Assembly: GCF_000002865.3 (NCBI RefSeq)
Contig: NW_001865061.1
Span: 100,597-164,596, forward strand
DNA from: Monosiga brevicollis MX1
Taxonomy: Eukaryota
DNA: 64,000 bases
Reading direction: 5' to 3'
Below are positions 49,203-64,000 of the stretch, piece after piece. The notes beneath the pieces are model-generated. The model was given only the letters and a program-made list of their open reading frames with translations, was not told the DNA's origin and made no database searches. Made by a program: the position numbers and the translations under genes. Numbering within the stretch: position 1 is the first letter of the stretch; every line of letters begins with the position of its first letter.

Positions 49203-49716
49203 CACCCCCCCTGTTTTTTTCTCCCTCTTGCCTTGATGTGCTCTGGGCGTGCCTGCTTAATGGCGGTCAACTGGCTGGTGGATGGTGTTTTTTTCTGTTT
49301 GTGACCAGTGACCCCTGTGCACTGCCAAGCACGGCTGCAGCGCAGCCTGTTTAGCCCAGCTCCCTTTCTTTGACGGGGAAGTAAAGAACCATCACAGCGA
49401 AAATGGAGCTGACGTGGTTGGTCGAATGATCATCTGACGCGCATGTTTGTCCGACCGTTTGTCCTGCCTGCTCAGGCTCCGCTCTTCTTTGTTCTTCCTC
49501 CTTCATCGCCCGCTTTTGCATCGACTTCATGGGCACGATTGGCAGAGACGATGAAGCTCGTGTGTTGCAATTCTTTTAATTTTCATGCCTGCTATACATT
49601 CGTCCCGTGCGTCGATTTTTTGGGATGGAAACCCCACTCACTCGAACAGAACACAAATGAACAAACAACTTGCAAGGCCATCAGATTTTTACTCCTCGGC
49701 ACGCCCCGCGTGCACC

Positions 49717-51739
49717 TCACGCACTCGCCCCTGTCACAGTAACACTGCTGGATTCCGCAACCGGTGCACCATCCAAACTGAGCATGGCACGCCACTCCTT
49801 GATAATGTCGGGATATTCCGCAAACACCTGCGCAGAGTTGGATGTGAGGTTGCAAGCCATCAAAAGTAAAGAATTTTAGAGAGTACCAATAGCAGCAGCA
49901 GCAGCAGCAGCTGGAGGACCCACCTTGAGAGGAGTGTTATGAAAGTCAACCACCTCTTCGTCGGCGCGCGTGAGACGCACCACCACGGTGTCCCCCAAAG
50001 CATTGGCACCCAGCAGCCGCTTGTGCAAGGATGCACGATCGTAGTGAATAATCTCATCATCATCGTGATATATGAGCATCTTCTTGCCCTGCAACGCCGG
50101 CCAGGCTCCAGCAGCATCCAAACGGCCTGCGCATCAAGGGATGCATCAACGAAAAGTGAGGGAAATGGCTGTCTAGTTGCCTCCTTTATGACCAGACGAA
50201 GACGGGACAAGCGCACCCTTGAAAACCGAGGCCAGAAGACCGCGGGCAACAAAACGCGGAATCTTGACGTATTCCTTGGTCACACGGCCAGCAATCAGTG
50301 CTAAAATGCCTGGATGACCACGCATCAGACGTAAGCCACCGATGAAGCAGGACGAGCAAGAAGCCGACTTTGATAAAGACTGCCGCGGCACATTAATAAT
50401 GGGTTCACGTACTGAAGGCTGCGTCTGGTAGCGAGGCAAAGGAGCGATCCGAGACAATTGGCCCTTGGGGCGAGTGGCATGCTCGCGCCAAAGTACCAAT
50501 GCCACCGCCAATGCTGCGTCCCAGGAGTAGCACGTGACGTGGATTGGCGGCAAGCTGCTCCTCTAGGTATGTAAGAATCAACATGGCGTCATTCACCAGG
50601 TCCTCTCCCGAGGTCGCCTCCCCATCACTGAACGCTACACCTCGGTAGTTGTAAAGAAAGACATTGACGCCCAAGGTCTGCGCAAGCTCCTCCATGATGG
50701 CCAAGTTGAACTCATATACTTCGCCGTTGCCTCCCATGTACAAGATCCAACGACGATCAGGTGCTGCGTGCTGGAGTTGTCGTGGGTGTTGATAAAACGC
50801 CGCGTCCAAGCGAACACCACGCCCATCGGCAACCACCACATTCGACCACTGGGTTGCACCGTGGCGGTCAGCCTCGAAAAACCGGCGTCGCAATGAGAGA
50901 CAGGCTTGGCGAGCTTGAACTCGCCGACCATCAGCCGTGACGATGGTTTCATCCAGCATGCCTGTGGCAGGCAAAAGCAGCATTCGCACAACCTAGGCAC
51001 ACCCATCACCGGCCGTCAAACTTACGGGCGGACGAGGGGTCCCGAGCGCGACGAAGCCACTGCCGCAGTCCACTTGAGAGCTCGCCCGTGACGAACGTAC
51101 CGTTTTGCCGATGAATCCGCGAACCGTCATGGTCAAAAACGCCAAGCCCGCAAAAACGATTGCTAGAATAATGTCCACCACCACCATGGCCGGGTGTGCG
51201 TGTGGCCAGCACGTCCAGTGCAGCAAGAATGCCAAAATCAAGCCCACCGCAACCGTGTCGCGCAACGCCGGCTGCTCGGAAGCACAAAGTACAAGCGCCC
51301 GGTGCACATCAATGAGGGATGGAGCCAACACAACTGGCCTAGACAACGCGGGCTCGGAGAGTTGATCGGCAGCACTCATCAGGCACACACAAACCTCTTG
51401 AGTGTGGGGTTGGCCTGGCAGAAACGCGGCTGGGACCATGATGAACAAGGATGAGAGAGCAATGAGCAGGGCAAGCAGAACCACGGCCATCCAGGCAGTC
51501 CACATGAGCATGGTTGTAAGCATGAGATAGGACACGGTCACAGCCGTGGCCAGCAGCAGAATGGAGCCTGCATAAATGGCATAGGCGCCGAGTCCCGCCG
51601 CCAGCACCCAAAGCACATACACGTCCCAGCTCCCCTCGCGCCGGCGCGCCTCCTTTGTGGCCGGCTCGGAGAGCAACGGCATGGTGGCAGTTTCTTCCTC
51701 GTCCAGCTCAACCTCGTCCTCGTGTTCAGTCATTGACAC
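49717..51739 (-). CDS. Multi-TM alpha/beta hydrolase (ABHD12/13-BEM46 or DUF818-like)
   Basis: About 4 N-terminal TM helices; WILYMGGNGE, LYNYRGV, GRSIGG (nucleophile), DRSFASL, YHDDDEII, FHN. Confidence 0.85.
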
Positions 51740-51839
51740 CTCCTTCCCAGCGATGATCGCCTCGAAGAGATGCTTGAAGAACGCGCGCCACCGCCGTCGT
51801 CGCTTGAGATGATGTCGGGTGTTTTTTTTTTTTTTTTTT

Positions 51840-51872
<33 letters not shown>

Positions 51873-52161
51873 GTGAGAAGAAGAGAGAGAAAAATGCATT
51901 TTTGATGTGTGTGGAGATTCTGAAAAACATAATATGAATCCGAATGTAATTGACTGCCCGCGGGACGCTGTTCAACTAGACATGCAGAACGAGAGGGCTA
52001 TGGACAAAGCCTTCCCAGGCCCATGATCTTGTGAGAGAAACGCATTCAGTGATGCACACGTGTCGATTGTGCTTGGCTCATCATGTGCTTCAAAGGCAAA
52101 AAAAAAAAAAAAAAAAAAAATCCCGCCATCCGCTGTCGTTGCAGATCCAGCTGAAACTGCT

Positions 52162-54670
<2,509 letters not shown>

Positions 54671-55009
54671 GGCCGCTGGTCCGATCCAAACGATTCAAAC
54701 CCCACGCAAGGACAGCAAGCCGGTATTTCCTATACACCTGCTGTGTATCAGTCTACAACCGCCCGCCCACCAACACACAGTTGGGTCAACAGGCGACAGT
54801 GGCAGCGAGGGCGATGCCGTTTCCTGCTGATCGTCGACTGTCGTTCCACACACACACACAAGAAAAAAAAAATGAAAAAGAGGTGTGTTAAGAAACGAGA
54901 GGTGTTGTTGAAATTAAATGCATGCGGTCTGTCTCTGTCTCTTGTGCTTTTCCTTTGTGTCTTTGCTCTTTATTTCTCTCTTTCTCAAACCGACCAAACC
55001 AATTCATTC

Positions 55010-55030
55010 TGTCTCTCTGTCTCTGTCTCA

Positions 55031-55065
<35 letters not shown>

Positions 55066-55112
55066 TGTCTTGGTGTCGGTCTCTGTCTTTGTGTCGGTCT
55101 CGGTCTCGGTCT
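55010..55112. repeat. (GTCTCG/GTCTCT)n hexamer repeat
   Basis: Seen directly in the DDX41-MRPS9 intergenic region. Confidence 0.85.
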
Positions 55113-55424
55113 TGGCGCAAGACGGTCATGGAGGGCAAGGAAGATGCAGCAAGGACGGAGATGGGAGAATATGAGGAGTTGGATGGGCATGTTTCGATTG
55201 TTGGGACAACAGCGTGGCAATGATGGGTCGCATTGCCCACACCACTGTCAAATGAGCAAGGATGAGAGGGAAGAGGTCAGCCAACAGAAAGAGGGGTTGG
55301 CCATGGAGAAAGGACGAGAAGCTGGAATTGAAGGAAATTAAAAAGAAGAAGTGATTGTCTCAGGACGCTGAAGAGACAAGACAAGAGAAGAAAAGAAAAA
55401 AAACGGCAAGAAGAAGCCAAAGGC

Positions 55425-58374
55425 CTATCGCTTGACCCATTGGAATTTGCGGCGAGCCTTCTTTTGACCAGGTTTCTTGCGTTCGACGACGCGCGCATCA
55501 CGAGTCAGGAAGCCACCTAAATACCCATGACCCCCGTGCATCAATGAATGAGGACGAGACAGCACACAGCATTAAAAAAAAAGAATTTAAACTCAACACC
55601 CGTGCCAACACGGTGCACGTGCTTACCCTTCTTCAAAATGGGACGAAACTCGGGGTTCAAGGTTTCCAGGCAGCGACTGATGCCCAGGCGGATGGCACCG
55701 GCTTGTCCTAAGGTATGACAGGCCAAAGGGTTGAGACAGGGGTGAGAAAGAGTGATCAAAAAAAGCAAAAATACACAAAATCTCCACCAGCCTCGCATCC
55801 TGGACGCCAAAAGCCCAATGGCGCATACCCGTGTAGCCACCACCCTTGACAGTGCACATGATGTCATAATCGCCGAGGATATTCAGTGCAGCAAAGGGTT
55901 GGAGCGCATGAACCCTGTCATCATCCATCACACCACGGTTGCTTCTCGTGAGCAAACGCACAAGTCTCATTGTGAACGCTTTGCCATGACAAGCCCACTC
56001 AACATACTTGGCGTCGTCTGTGCCGAAATAGTCGGCCAGCGTGCGGCGGTTCACCTTGAACTGGCCCGTGCCAGGCCAAACCCACACTCGTGCCACGGCA
56101 TCCTTGCGGCGACCTGAGGGAAGACCGATCACGAGAAGTGCGCACATGAGCACGGAATGTCGATGCACGAATGCAAGGAAATCATGACGCGCTTACCCGT
56201 CGCATAGGCACGACCCAGGTCGTCGATCTTCCGCGTGCACCAAGCCGGGCCAGAGAAGCGAACAAAGCAAAATTAGGCGCCGGCAAGCAAAACGAACAGC
56301 CCCAGCGTGCAGCAGGCAAACACAGGACATACAATCTTCTTGCGATCCGTGGGCTTGGAGCGTGAGGTAAAACGCATAAACTCGGAGAGCTGGCGCTCAA
56401 TCAAGTATGCCAGCGGGTGGTCGCGGAGGCGATGAAGACGCGAAATAATCTCACGATACTAGCAAGAGAAGAAACGGAACCACAAGCCATGCCAGATTAA
56501 GGTCATGTCGAGGGGGCAGCACGGCAGCCTAGCTTGTCTTGCTGAGTTGAGATGAACGACAGGCTGTCTCACCTGAAGGATGCGAAGTGGGGAGCCAATC
56601 ATGGCCTCGAGCTCACCGCGCTTGAGCCAGGTGACATCCGATCTGAGCCAGAGTAACAGGCGGTGCAAAGGGTTTGGTGAGTTGACACATATTGTTGCCA
56701 GAACGTCGTTCGATTCCGAGGCACGTGTGCAGGCGATGACAGCAGGCGTAAATTGGGCACACACCGGTCGATGTAACTCTGCGGCTCCTCTTCGCCGTCC
56801 TCCGAGTGGGCCTGCGCTGCCGTCTTATCCGACTCGGCAGAAGCGGCCTCGTTGGTAGTGGCGGCCTCGGCGGTAATGTCAGGCTTGGCATCGATGATAT
56901 CCTGATCCTTTTTGCTGAGGACGGCGCGCGCAGCAGCATCGGCCGCGCGGGCGTCTTCACTGTCCAGGGCCTCAAGCATGTCATCCATGTTCTAAACACG
57001 ACACGGTAAAATGAGCAAAGAAGCGAAATCTAAAGACTGATGAAAGCCCAAGTTTCGCCTGGGCGTGCAATGCCGATGCTGCAAGCGATGGCGGTCAGCA
57101 AGTCACCGACTTGGAGGAGGTCATAATAGACTGAGTTGCCAGTAAAGTAGGCCTGGGAATCAGGACGCGCTGTGGGGTCGCGCACTGGATGACGGCGGAG
57201 AGGCAGAGCGGGGTGAGCCGTGGATGACGCACGGTATCTACCCTTTTGAGCATGACTGGGACGTACGAGGGTGGTCATCGGGCAGGGACTCGAAGCGTGG
57301 CTTGCGCTATGTTGAGACAAGTAAGGCGGCGGGGTCAGACACAACAGGGAGCTTTGCGCAGCGGGATGCCTTGAGATGAAAATGCCAGGAATCACGTTGA
57401 TATCCATACCGTCAGGGCCTGTGCCGTGTTGGGGACACGGGGATCGGGCATGAGGTAGCGCAGCTCACGGCGAAGTTTATCGTCTGAGAGCTGCTCGTAT
57501 GCATCGACGGGTACACCGTTTTTGGCACCGTGGATGACACTGGTTAACAAAGCAAAAGTGGGCAAAGAAGCGACCGAGTGGAGTGGGGCAACACCACACG
57601 TGAGATTGGGGTGCTCTGGCGTGCTTCGAGGCAGGATGGCAGCGCTGAGAGAGAAAGAGAGAGGCAAACGCACATGTACAGTTCAGAAATGAGCTCGCGA
57701 CGTTCTGCATCGGTCCGTGCCTGTGCCAACAAGCTGTCAATCTATCACCCAGGGCGGAGCGGGGCGGCAAGGGAAGAGCTGTGACATGAGAACACGTGCA
57801 GGGGGCGGGGCTGGATTTCTTCAGGCATGACCGGCCCTTTCGGAGACCGGTACGGCTGCGGGGCAAGACTCAAAGGATGTGCACACCTGCTTGCGATTCA
57901 AGTCGGGCTCGGCCGAGGCTTGTGAGCTTTGGCCAGCTGTCGAGGCGCAGCGGCACCTATGACCAGGTCGGACAAAAGAGGCAAGAAGGCGCAAGGTCAA
58001 CCCATGAGAAGAAGAGAAGGCAAGAGCCCGCAGAGGCGCCCAACAACGTCTCCGTGTGCTCTTGCGTGCATTGTCACTCGGCAAAGAAGAACGAGCGCCC
58101 GCGCGCGATCCAGCACAGTGTGCTTCAAGAGCACAAGGGCCGCGCCAAGGAGAAGGGGTCGCCTGGAAAGCTCATCAGAGCAAGGCGCGACGAGCTGTTC
58201 TTACCCGCGGACAACATTCGTTGGGCGAAGAGCAAGAGCAGCCAAACCGCGCACCTGCACCTGCACCTGCATACCCACACCACCCTGTCGTACACCCGCC
58301 CCCAGCGTGGCCATCCGCGCGCCAGCCGCTGCCAGCGAGCCCCAGCTGCCCATCGCCCGCAGCGAAGTCGCCAT
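55425..58374 (-). CDS. MRPS9: Mitochondrial ribosomal protein uS9m with a long N-terminal extension (many exons)
   Basis: [75 protein letters not shown]. Basic mitochondrial-targeting-like N-terminus. Confidence 0.92.
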
Positions 58375-59024
58375 CTCGTCGTTCGCGTGTGTGTGTGTGA
58401 GAGAGAGAGCGAGCGAGTGAGAAGCAAATGTGCGCCATGTTAACAACAGTTGTTCTAAACACTACAATCCTTTAGAACGCGAATGCAGTGAGTGAGTCTT
58501 GAGAGCTGTTTTTAAGTGCAGTTTTACCACCTGTGGTAAAGAGTGCGACAAGAGTCCCTTTTTCCAGGCAGCTCCAGCTGAATCCGAAGCGGGGGACTTG
58601 ACGCCGTGCGCCCGTTCTTCCTCGCCCGCTCCTCGTGTACCATTTGCCAAGTAGCGCGCGCGTTTTGTGTGCATGTTTGATGATGATGATGATGTGGCAG
58701 AGATTTTCCTAATTTGTGGTGTAAAAGCGCCGGTCGTACTGATATGGGAGAACCTTTGTGCTTGGCGAGGAATCGATGGACGTGTTTAAGGTCGGACGAT
58801 TCAACAGCTCAACACCCCATACAACCCTGGCTACAAGCCCTCACACACGATTCACAGGATCCACAGGACCACATGATCGACAACAACAACAACAACAACA
58901 ACAGATTTTCGGCGTATTCAGGGGAAAAAAGATAAAAATCTCGAAAAAAGATGAAAAAATTCGTTGAAAGAGAGAGAGATTATAGGTAGGGAGAAAGAAA
59001 AGCACAAACAACAAACACGAAAAA

Positions 59025-59324
59025 GAGAGAGAGAGAGAGAGGTGAGAGAGGTGAGAGACGAGAGAGGCGAGAGAGGTGAGAGAGGTGAGAGAGGTGAGAG
59101 ACGAGAGAGGCGAGAGAGGTGAGAGAGGTGAGAGACGAGAGAGGCGAGAGAGGCGAGGGAGGCGAGGGAGGAGGGAAGAGAGAGAGGCGAGAGGAGAGAT
59201 CGGAGAGAGAAGGGAGAGAAGAGGAGAGAGAGGAGAGAGAGGAGAGAGAGGAGAGAGAGGAGAGAGAGGAGAGAGAGGAGAGAGAGGAGAGAGAGGAGAC
59301 AGAACACACACAGACACACACACA

Positions 59325-59385
<61 letters not shown>

Positions 59386-59397
59386 ACACACACACAT
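59025..59397. repeat. (GAGAGAGGT/GAGAGAGGA)n purine nonamer tract followed by (CA)n
   Basis: Seen directly upstream of the S28 peptidase ATG. Confidence 0.9.
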
Positions 59398-59451
59398 CGA
59401 CCTCCTCCATTTTTGAATTTTTCTTGTTGAGGGCATTGCTTTATCAACAAG

Positions 59452-60304
59452 ATGCGGAGCAAGATGGCGGCGGTCGTGGCGGCGGCGGTGGCGGTAGTGG
59501 CGGTGGCGGCGGTGGGGTGTGGAGCCATGCCCATGACGACGGCGGGTGTGGTGTCTGAGGGACCGGCGGCGTGGCCTGTATATGCGGCCAAGCGCCATTT
59601 GTTTGAGAAGCACATGGTCGAGTTTCATCGTCAACAGCGAGAGGTGCAGTTGGAAGAGGCGGCGATGCCGTCCAGCAGCTTGCCGGCTCCCCGGTTCGTT
59701 ACGCAGCGTCTGGATCACTTTGACGGATCAGATACCACGACCTGGCAGCAGGCCTACTATGTCAATTCGACCTATTTTCAGGCCGGCTCGGACGCCCCCG
59801 TCTACCTGTGCGTGGGCGGTGAGGGCCCACCCCTGGATGGCAGCGTGGTTGTGGCCTCGGTCCACTGCAACGTCGCCGTCGAGCTGCTGCCCAAGACTGG
59901 TGCCATCATGTTTGCCCTCGAGCACCGCTACTACGGTTGCCACAACATGTCTGCCTGCCCCGTTGAAAACCCCCTGGCCAAGGGCGCGCTTCGCTACCTC
60001 TCCTCGCGTCAAGCCCTCGGCGATCTGGCTGCTTTCATCTCCTACATCCGTCAGCAGTACAACCTTCCCAACAACAAAATCGTCACCTTTGGTGGCTCCT
60101 ACCCCGGTACGTCTGCCTTGCTTCTCGGCTTTCTCGTCGCCTTTTCTTGGGTTCTCGCGTGTTGTTGTTGTTGTGGTTGTAGTAGTAGTAGTAGTAGTTG
60201 TAGTCGTCGTAGTAGTAGGAGTAGTTGTAGTTGTAGTTGTAGTCGTCGTCGTAGTAGTAGTAGTAGTAGTAGTTGTAGTCGTTGTAGTAGTAGTAGTAGT
60301 AGTT

Positions 60305-60336
<32 letters not shown>

Positions 60337-61573
60337 AGTAATAACTCGGCATCAGCCACGGCTACAGCCACCTGGCCAAGCCTATCCTCCAATCAGCTTG
60401 CCAACTCCTCCTCCCATTTCACTTGCCCTTGGCCTCCGCCCTTGTCGTATCTCCCTTCCTTCGGCTCTAGGTATGTTGGCCGGCTGGGCACGTCTAAAAT
60501 ACCCACACCTGGTACATGCCAGCGTGGCCTCTTCAGCCCCCGTCGAAGCCGTCCTTGACATGCGTGGCTACTACGACGTCACTGCATTTGCCTATTCGGT
60601 GAGCGATAACAACGTTGGTGGCAGCGACGCCTGTCGTGCTGCCATCGCCACAGGGCACGCCACCATTGGTCAGTACTTCAACTCCTCCTCGGGCCGAAAC
60701 ACCCTGGCCAACATCTTTGGCCTGCCTGCCAGCTACTTTGAAAAGTACGACAACCAGGCTTCTTTTGCCGGTGGTGGCGTGGCCTACTTCCCTTCCCAGA
60801 GCAATGACCCTAGCTGCACCCAAGCTGGTTGCAACATCAACCTCATTTGCCAGGTCATGACCAATACCTCCCTGGGTGATGAGGTTCATCGTCTTGCTGT
60901 GGTAAGGCTTGCTCTAGTCTTGGCCCGTGTCCAAGCACCAGTCCCCTTGCTCTCTCCTGGTCTTGGATACTGGCTAATCTTGATTTTTTTGTCAAAGAAC
61001 ATCACGCGCCTTGTCCAGCTCAAGTTGATGATTGTGATGCCCCTGGCCGCTCCTTGTTGGCACTAGGTCCGCAAGCAGCAGCTCGAGTGGCTGCCTGCTG
61101 CCTTTGAGAGCTTTGCCACCAAAACGCTTCGCGTCGGCGCCGAGGCCGACTATTGGGGCTACCAAACCTGCACCGAATTCGCCTTTTACCAAACTTGTGA
61201 GGTTGGATCCGACTGCTTCTTCACCCAAGGCTATCTGACCCTCAACGCCACCGAAGCCGCCTGCCAGGCTGAATTTGGCATCGACTTTACCACCGTGCAA
61301 CAAAACGTGATCGCCAGCAACGCCTGGTATGGTGGGCGCAACTCGGCCGGGTCTTGCCTCATGTACCCCAACGGTGAAGTGGATCCTTGGAACTCGCAAT
61401 CCATTCTGAACACGACCGCTCCAGGCATTACCACCCTGATGGTGCCAGGTGCCTCCCACCATGCTTGGACCCATCCCTCTGCGCCCTCCGACCAGCCCAG
61501 CGTTGTGGCTGCGCGCAAGACCATTGCCGATTTCGTCTCCAACGCCCTCAACCAAGCCTGTGGACAGGTCTAA
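59452..61573 (+). CDS. Secreted/lysosomal serine peptidase, family S28 (PRSS16/DPP7/PRCP-like; 3 exons)
   Basis: QRLDHFD, GGEGP, ALEHRYYG, YLSSRQALGDLA, FGGSYP/GMLAGWARLKYPHL, WGYQTCTEF, NGEVDPW, GASHH. Confidence 0.95.
60160..60343. repeat. Compound (GTT/GTA/GTC)n trinucleotide tract inside intron 60107-60470
   Basis: About 60 GTN triplets in one register. Confidence 0.95.
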
Positions 61574-61970
61574 TTCAACGTGCCTCCCTGGCTCGGCGGC
61601 AAGTCAATCAATCAAATTGACTGGATAAATCAAACACCCCAAACGTTTCAAGAAACAAAAACAAAAAAAGAGCAATTGCAAATGATTCTGAATTATGCGC
61701 CCTGGGAGGGGGTGGGGAGAACAAGGCTCAACGCTCACGCGCACGCCTTGTTCTTTGTAGCACTACCCTCGACACACGCTTGCATTCTCAAGGCACAGAC
61801 ACCCGTCCACACACCCGTCCACACACACACACACTCTCTCTCACGCCAGGTCAAAGGCACGCAACAATTAGGCCAGGTTGAGTTGCACGCATGCCAGGAG
61901 CCAAACAATCTCCAAACTGAACACATCAAACTATGGAACTTGAAGCCTTTTCTTTTCCAAAGCGGTTTTC

Positions 61971-63105
61971 CTAAGCGTTTGCCTTTGAGGGCTTTGCAGT
62001 GGACTTGGGGTTCTTAGAACCCTTGGTCCCTCTCTTGGTGGCAGTCTTCTCGTTGGATTCTGATGCGGTCGAGCCATCGGGGATTGCTTGTGCCGGTGAC
62101 TTGCCAGACGAGGGCACGGGGATATCCGGGTGGCCATCGGTGTTGGTTTGGTCACCATGTTGAGCGAGCAAGAGTGCCTCCTCTTCGTCCTCGGCCAAAT
62201 CCTCGGTTTGGTCCTCATCGTCAAGGTCGCCGTCTTCACCGAGCGCGTCAGACGTGTCTTTGGACCCCTTATCCTGGTGTGTTTTCTGATGTTTGTTGCG
62301 GTTTGAACTGTTGGTAAACGTGGAGGGGCAGTAACGACATTTGTACGGCCGTTCTCCTGCGAGCAGATGCATCCACGAGCAAAAACGGGCAACGTGAGGT
62401 TGAAGCCGTCCAAACAGAGCCGCAGTGGGCCTGCCAAAGAACATGCTTTATCGCTGAAGTATGTTGGGCGAAATCAATGGCAGGCGCACCGGTATGCACG
62501 CGGAGGTGGCGCCGAAGGTTGCTCGACCACCCAAACAACTTGCTGCAGACATGGCAGACGTGAAACTTGCGCCCCTCTCGCCTAAAACCAGTGCAGCCAA
62601 CCACGCGCAAAAGTGAGGGGCAGCAATGCATGAGCAGCCGTAAAAGGGGAAAGCAGAGTCGACGCCAGCCTAACATGGTCACAATCTTGATATGTGTGTT
62701 GTTCTCGCTCAAGTTGATGGGAGGGGCTGTCGGATTGTTGGCCACCTGTTGCTGGTGAATCGTGTTGAGCCAGTTCTGATTTGCTGCTTGCAACGCATTG
62801 ATGGGATGGCCGGCCATCCCAGCGCCCGTTAGAGAGGCTAGAGAGGCACTAACGCCAGCCAGACCGCCGCCATTTGACGCATTGACCAGTTGGGCCAAAC
62901 TTTGAAGCGTGGCTGCTTGCGAGACCTGCTGATTTCCAGAGCCAAAGGACACGGCGGCAGCAGCCGGATGAAGTCCGCCTGAACCAGCCTTGGCCTGCTG
63001 ATCTGAGCCCAGGTGCATGTGAGCAGAAGGCTGTTGCTGTTGCTGTTGCTGAAGTTGTTGTTGGAATTGCGGGTGAGGCTGATGTACTTGTTGCTGTTGT
63101 TGTTG

Positions 63106-63178
<73 letters not shown>

Positions 63179-63915
63179 TGCTGCTGTTGGGCGAACATGG
63201 CCATCATCGAATTGTTCTGGCCCATGGACATGTAGGGGGCCAATTGCATGATAAATTGGTTCATGTTGCTGGGGTTGTTGCTTGGCGCGGGTCCCGACGA
63301 AGCAGGCAGGCCTTGACTATTGCCGCCGCTCTGAGTGAAGTTCCAGAGCATGCGCTGCATGAGTGCAGGGTCCTGTGGAATTTGCTGATCGGAGCTTTGC
63401 GGGCTTGCATTGGCGGGCAGCATGGAGGAGCGTAAACCCTCCATGCCCGGCATGCCACCAGCCATCTGCTGAGCCAACATGGCTACGTGACAGAGTGAGT
63501 TGCTTTGGCAGATTGATCATGGAGTGGGGCATGCGGTGTCTTCGGGACAGAGGTGTGCAAAGGTCAAGCGAGCCCACTGACCTTGTGGGTTGCCGAGAAA
63601 GTGTGTGACTTGGTCAGCTGGGTTGCCAGCTTTGGGGGCCTTGGCGCGAGGCCCGCCATCGCCGGTGCCGGCACTGCCGCGTTTGCTCGTAGATTGGCTT
63701 GCAACCGAGGCAGATCCATTGCCCAGGCCAGCGTGGGAGCCATTGGGCTGGGGAAAGCTCAAGGCAGAACCTGGGCCAAATGGGTTGCCATTTGAGCTGG
63801 GGGCTGCACTGGAAGTGTACATTGTGTGCCCGACAAAGTCAGGGAGGGCGGAGCCATAGTTTTGCATCTGGCCGTTAACCAAGTCGTCTATCGCGATGGC
63901 AAAGGTTGTCATCAA
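61971..63915 (-). CDS. C2H2 zinc-finger transcription factor with polyQ/low-complexity region (5' end probably beyond the window)
   Basis: HVCHVCSKLFGWSSNLRRHLRVHTG/ERPYKCRYCPSTFTNSSNRNKHQKTH: two fingers with a TGERP linker. PolyQ of more than 30 residues at about 63030-63190. Confidence 0.88.
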
Positions 63916-64000
63916 TATTCATGGGCGCGTGATGGGGGGAGGGCTAGACGAGTGAAAAAAAAAAAAAAAGCGGGGGGAGGGAAGCCAGCGGTGTAGAGTG

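Noticed and set aside
56690..56730. GTTCGATTCC T-loop-like motif suggesting a tRNA
   Set aside because: The flanking bases do not form a T-stem or acceptor stem, and it lies within the MRPS9 locus.
59546..61066. 506-aa ORF with a poly-Val stretch, and poly-Tyr/poly-Leu ORFs on the minus strand
   Set aside because: These are products of the intronic GTN repeat; only 60471-60901 of this frame is a real S28 exon.

Overview
This is eukaryotic DNA, not prokaryotic. It is gene-dense and GC-rich, with many short GT-AG introns, abundant CA/GA/CT microsatellites and four N gaps. That style and the gene content suggest a unicellular holozoan such as a choanoflagellate (Monosiga-like); the organism is an inference. 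I can support about 23 protein-coding genes by joining exons by eye, so internal boundaries are approximate. In order: WDR91-like (3' part), LRWD1/ORCA, SET1, SKA2, mitochondrial ATP synthase gamma, METTL21-type methyltransferase, vanin-like C-N hydrolase, an intronless PhnD-like fusion, M6P-receptor/ATG27-like, PH-PTEN, a type II membrane coiled-coil protein, a Zn-finger/coiled-coil/PDZ protein, Notum/pectin acetylesterase, SBDS, FEX fluoride exporter, MOB4, a coiled-coil hypothetical, VOC/glyoxalase, C2orf81-like, a membrane alpha/beta hydrolase, DDX41, MRPS9, an S28 peptidase and a polyQ C2H2 factor. I found no convincing tRNA, rRNA, CRISPR array or transposon. Four observations stand out. 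(1) The ORCA/LRWD1 homolog carries five tandem AT-hook-like GRPRK repeats between its LRR and WD40 domains, a possible convergent route for tethering ORC to AT-rich DNA. (2) An intronless, bacterial-looking phosphonate-binding-protein fold is fused to an unknown C-terminal domain. (3) A PTEN is fused to a PIP3-type PH domain and beta-hairpin repeats. (4) E2F and CHR-like elements lie upstream of SKA2.
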